Part shown: piece by piece, positions 26,059 through 32,000 of the stretch
Layout: the number at the start of each line of letters is the position of its first letter
Numbering within the stretch: position 1 is the first letter of the stretch
Sequence record: KY606587.1
Direction: 5' to 3' (one strand)
DNA: 32,000 bases
Source of the DNA: Dinoroseobacter phage vB_DshS-R5C
Made by a program: the position numbers and the translations under genes
Notes under the pieces: generated by a model
The model's input: only the letters and a program-made list of their open reading frames with translations
Database searches by the model: none
What the model was told of the DNA's origin: nothing

Positions 26059-26628
26059 ATGCAGAACGATCCTTTCGACTTCAAGACCTTCATGGCGAAC
26101 GCCACCAATCCCGACGACGACACGAAGCGCGAGCACTTGCGCGACGCCGTGTCGGACGAGATGGAAACCGTGATGGCCGAGGTCGGCCCTCGCGTGTGGG
26201 CCGTCCTGTACCAGCAGATGCAGAAGGATCCGAAGAACAACATTCACCTGAACGCCGTTCTGAACTCGGGCATCTTCGCGATTCTCGCGTGGGTCGCCGC
26301 CTGCACGCCGCAAGGCGAAACCAACGGTCGCGACAACGACGAGGTGCTGCGCGAAAAGATCATGAACAACCTCGACTCCGCGCTCGCGAACGGCCGCGAC
26401 GCGGATCAGGCGCAGTCGCTCGCGTTGATGGCGATGAACGTCGGGCAGATGAAACTGCTCGAGGACGCGTGCAAGGACCTGGGCAAGGTGATCACCGCCA
26501 ACTCGATGGTCATCAAGGGCGTGCACCAGACCATCCAGAACATGTGGAAAGAGCGCGTGGTCGAGTATAAGCGCCACAAGCCGGCAAAGCATAAACAACG
26601 GAAGGACGATCCCGATGCCGAAACCTAA
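26059..26628 (+). CDS. Hypothetical protein (189 aa)
   Basis: ORF with RBS AACAACGGGGA upstream. Confidence 0.65.
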   Translation: MQNDPFDFKTFMANATNPDDDTKREHLRDAVSDEMETVMAEVGPRVWAVLYQQMQKDPKNNIHLNAVLNSGIFAILAWVAACTPQGETNGRDNDEVLREKIMNNLDSALANGRDADQAQSLALMAMNVGQMKLLEDACKDLGKVITANSMVIKGVHQTIQNMWKERVVEYKRHKPAKHKQRKDDPDAET

Positions 26629-27094
26629 GACAATCCTCACCACCTACTCGCAGATCGGACGCGACGACGACACGACGCGCGAATGGCGCTGGCGTTTCCC
26701 GCACGACACCGCGATTGAGTACTTCAACATGATCCCGGAGCTCGAGTACTACGTCGGTTTCGAACCCGATCAAAGCGGCGTGCTGCTCCTGAGCCATGAC
26801 TTCGACGCGCTGAAAGGCTGCATCAAGGTCCCGTTGCGCAACGGCGTGTGGACGCCGGCGCTCAAGCTGACACGCGGAGCCACACTCGAAAAGGACCCGA
26901 ACTCGAACTGGCGTGCGTCCTACGGCTTCCGCAAGATGGAAGACTTCGGTTTCCCGCATCCCGACAAGTGGTCGGGCAAGTGCAAAGTGATCTATGCCGG
27001 CGGCGGTATCGTTCGCTTGCAGATGCTCGAGGTCGAGATGCCCGTGAAACAGCGCGAACGCGTCCAGGCGGCTCTCAGGATCGGAGACGATTGA
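26615..27094 (+). CDS. Hypothetical protein (159 aa)
   Basis: Overlaps neighbours in operon fashion. Confidence 0.6.
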   Translation: MPKPKTILTTYSQIGRDDDTTREWRWRFPHDTAIEYFNMIPELEYYVGFEPDQSGVLLLSHDFDALKGCIKVPLRNGVWTPALKLTRGATLEKDPNSNWRASYGFRKMEDFGFPHPDKWSGKCKVIYAGGGIVRLQMLEVEMPVKQRERVQAALRIGDD

Positions 27095-27492
27095 TGCGCT
27101 GGCTGCTCGCCCTCGCCGTTGCGTCGTTCGCACCAGCGCACGCGCAGCCGCGCGGAGACGCCGACGACTACGGCTGGGGCGGTGTGCCCGTCGTGCCGGA
27201 GGTCTTCTACGCGGACAACCCGCGCTCTGACGAGCCTGGCGAACCATTTGGGTGGGTGTTCCTGCACAACCAGTGGACGCTCGGCAACCTGGGCGAGTCG
27301 TTCATCGAAGTCGAGACGCCCGAAGGCATCATCCGACTGCGTCACGTGCGCACGCCGAACAGCGAAACCCCAAACGACGACACGCTCGAGGTGTGGGAGC
27401 TGCCCTCGACCGTCGTCGCAATCCCGTCCTACTTGGTCGTGCCTGAGCGCGAGATCATGCGGATGGACCTGCACGTCTACACTGGAGGCTGA
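27094..27492 (+). CDS. Hypothetical exported protein (132 aa)
   Basis: N-terminal signal peptide MRWLLALAVASFAPAHAQP; start overlaps the previous stop. Confidence 0.6.
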   Translation: MRWLLALAVASFAPAHAQPRGDADDYGWGGVPVVPEVFYADNPRSDEPGEPFGWVFLHNQWTLGNLGESFIEVETPEGIIRLRHVRTPNSETPNDDTLEVWELPSTVVAIPSYLVVPEREIMRMDLHVYTGG

Positions 27493-27493
27493 A

Positions 27494-27625
27494 TTGAACG
27501 CATTTCTCTGGATCGGGCTCGCTGCATTCTGCGCGGGCATCGGATGGACGCTGGGCGTGTTCCTGATCGACTTGGCGATTGGGTCCTTCGTTGACGACGA
27601 GGAGGACGACCATGCTCGGCGCTGA
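27494..27625 (+). CDS. Small membrane protein (43 aa, TTG start)
   Basis: LNAFLWIGLAAFCAGIGWTLGVFLIDLAIGSFVDDEEDDHARR, one TM; ends overlapping the next ORF. Confidence 0.45.
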   Translation: MNAFLWIGLAAFCAGIGWTLGVFLIDLAIGSFVDDEEDDHARR

Positions 27626-27842
27626 TGAGATGATGGCGCCGCTCGTCCTCGCGCAGGTGCGCGACGGGCTCGAAGCGCTCGGCTACTCGCTCGACCGCAC
27701 GTCAATCGAAGGCGACGCGATCCACGTGCGGTTGAAGAACGGGCGCACAGCGTCTGCCGACATCCCGCAGGTCGTCGATCTGAACGAGGTCGCGGCTGAC
27801 ATCACCGCGGAACTCGATGCTCGGTTGCAAGGTCGGGTATAA
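27612..27842 (+). CDS. Hypothetical protein (76 aa)
   Basis: MLGADEMMAPLVLAQVRDGLEALGYSLDRTSIEGDAIHVRLKNGRTASADIPQV... Confidence 0.5.
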   Translation: MLGADEMMAPLVLAQVRDGLEALGYSLDRTSIEGDAIHVRLKNGRTASADIPQVVDLNEVAADITAELDARLQGRV

Positions 27843-27876
27843 ATCGCTTATAGTCGTCTCATCAACAGCGACTCAC
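27825..27876 (+). promoter_or_regulatory. Promoter plus conserved start element ATCAACAGCGACTCA
   Basis: TTGCAA (27825-27830), 18-nt spacer, TATAGT (27849-27854), ATCAACAGCGACTCA starting at 27861. Confidence 0.55.
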
Positions 27877-27900
27877 TGCGTCACATCAACGGAGACGATC

Positions 27901-29538
27901 ATGACCAAGTTCAAACCTTCCGCAGCCCAGCAGCGCTTTTATGACTGGGTGTCCAACGAATCTGGCAACTGCATCCTAAACGCGGTCGCCGGCGCCGGCA
28001 AAACCACGACCATCATGCACGGCATCGAAAAGATGCGCGGCACGGTCTGGTTCGGCGTCTACAACAAGAAGATGGCCGACGAGATCAAGGAAAAGCTCGC
28101 CGGCAACCGCAAGCTCGCGAAACGCGCACAGTTCAAGGCGCAGGAGCAAGTGACGGCTTCGACGTTCCACTCGCTCGGTTCGTCGCTCGTGCGTTCGATC
28201 ACCTACCCGAACCGCGCCGACGTTGACGACAAGAAAGTCGCGAAGATCGTCGACTCGATCATACTCGAAAAGGAAGCACACGCGCAGCAGGAGCGCGACG
28301 ATCTGCGCGCACTCGCGCCGACGATCATCCGCCTCGTGTCGATGGCGAAGAACCGCGGCTTCGTGCCCGCGTCGCAGGTGCGCAACGGCCTGTCGAACTG
28401 GGACGACGTTGCCGCATGGCAGGCAATGGCTGATCACTTCGACATCGGTGACACGCTCGACTTCGACGAGATCGACACCGCGATTGGTTTCGCGCGCACC
28501 GTGCTGCGTCGCTCGACGAAAGACATCGCCACCATCGACTTCGACGACATGGTCTATCTGCCGCTCGCGCGCAAAATGAACCTGAAGCCCTGGCATCGTT
28601 TTCAGTGGGTGCTGATCGACGAGGCGCAGGACACGAACCCCACGCGTCGCGCGCTGGCTGAACTCGTCCTCGCCCCCGGCGGTCGTCTCGTCGCAGTCGG
28701 CGACCCGCACCAGGCGATCTACGGCTTCACGGGCGCCGACAACGACTCGCTCGAGCAAATCCGCTACGCGTTCGATGCCATCGAACTGCCGCTCACCACG
28801 ACCTACCGTTGCCCGAAGAACGTCGTCGCGCACGCCCAGCAGTGGGTGTCGCACATCGAGGCGCACGACAACAACGCCGACGGCGAGGTGATCACGCAGC
28901 CCTACATGGACTTCGTCGATGCGCTGCCCAACATCGACCGAGCCGCATACGGCGAGACGGCGATCCTGTGCCGCTTCAACAAGTACTTGGTCGGCCTGTG
29001 CTTCAAAATGATCCGCATGGGTCTGCCCGCGAAGATCGAGGGCCGCGCAATCGGCGACGGTCTCGTGAAACTCGCGACGCGTTGGAAGTCGGCGAAGACG
29101 GTCAACGGTCTGACCACCAAGCTCGAGGCCTATCAGGAGCGCGAGATCGCGAAGGCGACCGCGAAAGGCAACGAGGCGAAGGTCGACCGCATCGTTGACG
29201 AAGTCGCCACGCTGATGACCATCATCGACCGCGTGCGCGGCAACGGCCTGGATCGCGTCACCGACGTGGTCGACGCCATCGAGGAAATCTTCGCCGACGA
29301 TGTGTCGGGCAAGAACCTCATCACGCTCTGCTCGGCGCACAAGTCGAAAGGCCTCGAGTGGGACACCGTCTACCTCCTCGACCGCGAGGCGCTGATGCCG
29401 TCGGCACGCGCGAAAAAGGACTGGGAAGTCGCTCAGGAGAACAACCTGATCTACGTCGCGGTCACGCGTGCGAAGCAGACGCTGGTCGAAGTGACCGGCG
29501 TCGTCGAGGAAAACGACCCGACGAAAAGGGAGGAGTGA
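27901..29538 (+). CDS. UvrD-like SF1 helicase (second copy type)
   Basis: NAVAGAGKTTTI, TASTFHSLG, VLIDEAQDTNPTRRAL, VGDPHQAIYGFTGAD, TYRCPKNV, CSAHKSKGLEWDTVYLL, YVAVTRAKQ. Confidence 0.92.
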   Translation: MTKFKPSAAQQRFYDWVSNESGNCILNAVAGAGKTTTIMHGIEKMRGTVWFGVYNKKMADEIKEKLAGNRKLAKRAQFKAQEQVTASTFHSLGSSLVRSITYPNRADVDDKKVAKIVDSIILEKEAHAQQERDDLRALAPTIIRLVSMAKNRGFVPASQVRNGLSNWDDVAAWQAMADHFDIGDTLDFDEIDTAIGFARTVLRRSTKDIATIDFDDMVYLPLARKMNLKPWHRFQWVLIDEAQDTNPTRRALAELVLAPGGRLVAVGDPHQAIYGFTGADNDSLEQIRYAFDAIELPLTTTYRCPKNVVAHAQQWVSHIEAHDNNADGEVITQPYMDFVDALPNIDRAAYGETAILCRFNKYLVGLCFKMIRMGLPAKIEGRAIGDGLVKLATRWKSAKTVNGLTTKLEAYQEREIAKATAKGNEAKVDRIVDEVATLMTIIDRVRGNGLDRVTDVVDAIEEIFADDVSGKNLITLCSAHKSKGLEWDTVYLLDREALMPSARAKKDWEVAQENNLIYVAVTRAKQTLVEVTGVVEENDPTKREE

Positions 29539-29540
29539 TC

Positions 29541-29744
29541 ATGGCGACGCGTCTCCCGAAACCTCTGCGAGAGCTGCTTGAGCAGCTCCCCACATGGTCA
29601 GCCGATATGCGCAGCCGTCACGTCAAGCTGGTGCACGAATCTGGCGCGGTCATCACGACATCGAAGACCCCATCGGATGTGCGCTCGTATCGAAACGCGC
29701 TCGCACGCTGCAAGCGCATCGAAAAGGAACTCTCAGATGGCTGA
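29541..29744 (+). CDS. Hypothetical protein (67 aa)
   Basis: RBS GGGAGGAG; MATRLPKPLRELLEQLPTWSADMRSRHVKLVHESG... Confidence 0.55.
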   Translation: MATRLPKPLRELLEQLPTWSADMRSRHVKLVHESGAVITTSKTPSDVRSYRNALARCKRIEKELSDG

Positions 29745-29952
29745 CATCATCGACCTCCAAGCGACGCGGAGAGCGCGTCGGACACCGGCGGCAGTGTTTC
29801 CGCGATTGATCACGCAGGACGAGATCGACGCGCAAGTGCTCCGCAAGCAGCGCCGAGCGCGCGCACGGTCCGCGTGGTTGTTCACGCGCGGCGTGCTGAT
29901 GTGGCTCGGAATCATCGCCCTCCTGGGCTTCATCGTGGGACCGTATCAATGA
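29737..29952 (+). CDS. Small membrane protein (71 aa)
   Basis: C-terminal TM segment (GVLMWLGIIALLGFIVG). Confidence 0.5.
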   Translation: MADIIDLQATRRARRTPAAVFPRLITQDEIDAQVLRKQRRARARSAWLFTRGVLMWLGIIALLGFIVGPYQ

Positions 29953-30116
29953 ACCAGCTCGAACGAGAACGACTGATCGACGACGCGCGCATGAGACTCC
30001 CGCGTCGTGACATCGCGCGGTCGAACCTGCGCAGCCGCGCGTTTAAACGCGCAGCCATCCTGAGCCTCGCGCTCGCCATCCTCGCCGCGGCATGGGCCGT
30101 GACGATCTACCTCTGA
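29949..30116 (+). CDS. Small membrane protein (55 aa)
   Basis: C-terminal TM segment (AAILSLALAILAAAWAVTIYL). Confidence 0.5.
   Translation: MNQLERERLIDDARMRLPRRDIARSNLRSRAFKRAAILSLALAILAAAWAVTIYL
30037..30052. repeat. GTTTAAAC palindrome copy 6
   Basis: 16-bp perfect palindrome GCGCGTTTAAACGCGC; inside a small membrane-protein ORF. Confidence 0.85.
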
Positions 30117-30127
30117 AAGGACCCGAA

Positions 30128-30766
30128 ATGCCGACCAAGAATCGACTGACCAAGTACATCTGCGAGATGATCGTGGACGACCTGATGCGCCACGCGTTCA
30201 AGGACAAGGCGCAAGCGCACTTCGACGCCGAACTCGCCTTCGTCAAGGAAGTGTGGGCGATGTGCTACACGAAGGCCGAGTTCGAGAAGATGGCTGCGTT
30301 GCCCGCCGGCTGGCTGCCCGAAGACAACGACTTCAAGGTGCAGATCAACGGCGAGGTCTTCGGCCTCGACTTCGCGACGGGCCTCGGCCACTCGGTGCCG
30401 TACTACTGGCTCATGAAACTCAAGATCGACACGCCTGCCTGGAACGGTGAGAACGTGCTCATGCCGTCGAACGCGGCGCGCGGCGGCGTGATCAAGGTCT
30501 TCGACGACAAGGCGCTGTGGCAGCGCGCGACCGACCTCAAGGACGCACGCGAGAAGCTCGAGGAGGATCGCCAGAACGCGTTCCGCACGGCGACCAACAC
30601 GGTCAAGGCGGTGACGACGATTCCGCGACTGATCGAGGTTTGGCCTGAGATCAAGCCGTTCGCGTCGAAGTATCTCGACCTCGAGAAGCCGCCCGTTCAA
30701 ATGCCCAACGTGCCGCGCGATCAACTGAACGCGTCGCTGGGCCTGCCCGTGGAGGAAGCGGCATGA
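30128..30766 (+). CDS. Hypothetical protein (212 aa)
   Basis: MPTKNRLTKYICEMIVDDLMRHAFKDKAQ...; intact ORF. Confidence 0.65.
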   Translation: MPTKNRLTKYICEMIVDDLMRHAFKDKAQAHFDAELAFVKEVWAMCYTKAEFEKMAALPAGWLPEDNDFKVQINGEVFGLDFATGLGHSVPYYWLMKLKIDTPAWNGENVLMPSNAARGGVIKVFDDKALWQRATDLKDAREKLEEDRQNAFRTATNTVKAVTTIPRLIEVWPEIKPFASKYLDLEKPPVQMPNVPRDQLNASLGLPVEEAA

Positions 30767-31338
30767 CCTACGCAATCTCACTCGACATCGAAACGCTCTC
30801 GACGCACAAGAACGCCGTCGTCGTGACCATCGGCGCCATCACAGTGTCCAACGCTGGCATCGGGCACGAAGGCAAGATCCACATGGCGCTCGACATGCAG
30901 GAGCAGATCGACATGGGCCGGCACGTGTCAGCCGACACGCTTGCCTGGTGGATGCAACAGGAGCCTGCCGCGCAGTTCGCTTCGTTCGGACGTCGTGAAC
31001 GTCTGCCCGCGGTCGTCGCGTTGATGAACCTGCGCTCCTGGATCAGCGAACTCGGCAACCCGCCGGTGTGGACGAAAGGTCCCGGGTTCGATGGCGCGAT
31101 CCTCGAGTCGCTCGCCGAAGACCTGGGCGTGCCGCCATCGTGGCCTTACCGCGATCATCGCGACATCCGCACCATCGAAGACGCGGTGCACGCCACCGAC
31201 GACGATCTGCTCTATGAGCGCTATGTCCGCATGATCGAGAAATCGCGCTCGGGCATGGTGGCGCACAACGCGCTCGAAGACGCGAAGATGCAAGCCGCGG
31301 TCATCAAGTGGTGGTACGAGGAGCTGCGCAATGGATGA
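30763..31338 (+). CDS. 3'-5' exonuclease of the RNase T/DnaQ superfamily
   Basis: ISLDIETLST..VVTIGAI, KGPGFDGAILESL, VAHNALEDAKMQAAVI. Confidence 0.8.
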   Translation: MTYAISLDIETLSTHKNAVVVTIGAITVSNAGIGHEGKIHMALDMQEQIDMGRHVSADTLAWWMQQEPAAQFASFGRRERLPAVVALMNLRSWISELGNPPVWTKGPGFDGAILESLAEDLGVPPSWPYRDHRDIRTIEDAVHATDDDLLYERYVRMIEKSRSGMVAHNALEDAKMQAAVIKWWYEELRNG

Positions 31339-31654
31339 CAACGACAAGGACCGCGAACTGAGCCAGCGCATGAGCAATGCGCGCACTGTCATGTCGGCTG
31401 CCCGTATGGGCATCCGGCAAACAGAGAAAGACATCCGACGGTTCGATGAACTCGAGAAGGCTTACAAGTTCGTCCGCGAGTACGGCGCCGACATCACGGT
31501 CACCGTCCGGTTTGGGGCGTCCGCTGTGGGTGGGCATGAGGAGGCCGCGGAAGTCACGCGCGCCTTCCTTCTCGGCGATTGGAACGACGTCCGGCGCCAA
31601 CTGATCGAGGACATCCAGCGAGAGATGCTGGAAATTTCGGAGCGTTGCACATGA
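31331..31654 (+). CDS. Hypothetical protein (107 aa)
   Basis: Operon-type overlap on both sides. Confidence 0.6.
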   Translation: MDDNDKDRELSQRMSNARTVMSAARMGIRQTEKDIRRFDELEKAYKFVREYGADITVTVRFGASAVGGHEEAAEVTRAFLLGDWNDVRRQLIEDIQREMLEISERCT

Positions 31655-31920
31655 CGGGTCTCAAATTCTCACACCGCGACGATCCGCCTCCCGGCGACTT
31701 CTGGTCGCCCCAGTTGATCGTCAAGCTGTCGGACGGGCGCTATGCCTACGGCAACGCGCTGCTGCGCAATGATGGTCGAGGCGTGCACTCGTGGTTCTGG
31801 GACGACGGCGAAGGTCGATCCTGCCACGAGGTCTGCTATGGCGGGATCACCGTCAAGGAATGGGCGTTCCGCCCGACCGCGGCCGAGGTCGCGTTGCATT
31901 GGGGAGGCGGCAATGGCTGA
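31651..31920 (+). CDS. Hypothetical protein (89 aa)
   Basis: MTGLKFSHRDDPPPGDFWSPQLIVKLSDGRYAYGNALL...; ATGA overlap. Confidence 0.55.
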   Translation: MTGLKFSHRDDPPPGDFWSPQLIVKLSDGRYAYGNALLRNDGRGVHSWFWDDGEGRSCHEVCYGGITVKEWAFRPTAAEVALHWGGGNG

Positions 31921-32000
31921 ACAGATGCCCGGCGAACTCACGCGCGACGCAGAGCTCGAGAAGGATCGACTCGACCGCCTGGATGCGCTGTATCGCGAGG
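31913..32000 (+). CDS. Hypothetical protein, 3' truncated by window end
   Basis: MAEQMPGELTRDAELEKDRLDRLDALYRE...; open to the window end. Confidence 0.5.
   Translation, partial: MAEQMPGELTRDAELEKDRLDRLDALYRE

Noticed and set aside
27976-29340. 454-aa minus-strand ORF opposite the UvrD-like helicase
   Set aside because: Antisense shadow; the + strand has all SF1 motifs.
29541-29744. HicA-like toxin
   Set aside because: Only a faint resemblance around RHVKLVHESG; no partner antitoxin is recognisable, so it is left as hypothetical.
1-32000. CRISPR array, tRNA or rRNA genes
   Set aside because: No regularly spaced repeats, tRNA-like cloverleaf or rRNA-like sequence was recognised by eye; a tRNAscan-SE or Infernal run would be needed to exclude a tRNA fully.

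Overview
The window looks like the right end of the structural/lysis region plus the replication and DNA-modification region of a high-GC, probably tailed, dsDNA phage or prophage. Nearly all genes are on the + strand and overlap tightly. From left to right it holds: the C-terminal end of a probable virion protein; an overlapping Rz/Rz1-type spanin pair; a divergent small HTH regulator; thyX; an SNF2-like helicase; an SSB-like protein; an AEP/TOTE-type primase candidate; a UvrD-like helicase; a HAD phosphatase; a queD-like gene; queC, folE and queF; a dpdA-like DNA guanine transglycosylase; two tandem mini-GNAT-like ORFs; a RecD/Dda-like helicase; an HNH endonuclease; a MazG/DUF550-like pyrophosphohydrolase; a DnaQ-like exonuclease; a sliding-clamp candidate; queE; PolA; an HNH-AP2 endonuclease; a clamp-loader AAA+; dCMP deaminase; a SprT-like protein; a second UvrD-like helicase; a second DEDD exonuclease; and many small hypotheticals. 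The main biological signal is an apparently complete folE-queD-queE-queC-queF-dpdA route to a preQ1-type 7-deazaguanine DNA modification. QueC and QueD homologs in it have lost canonical metal-ligand residues. The two tandem GNAT-like proteins directly after dpdA could further decorate the preQ1 amine (speculative). Other signals are six copies of a GTTTAAAC-centred palindrome, a recurrent ATCAACAGCGACTCA transcript-start element placed at a fixed distance from -10-like hexamers, perfect hairpins before several leaders, and a structured leader ahead of queC. All family calls come from reading motifs by eye; no database search was run.
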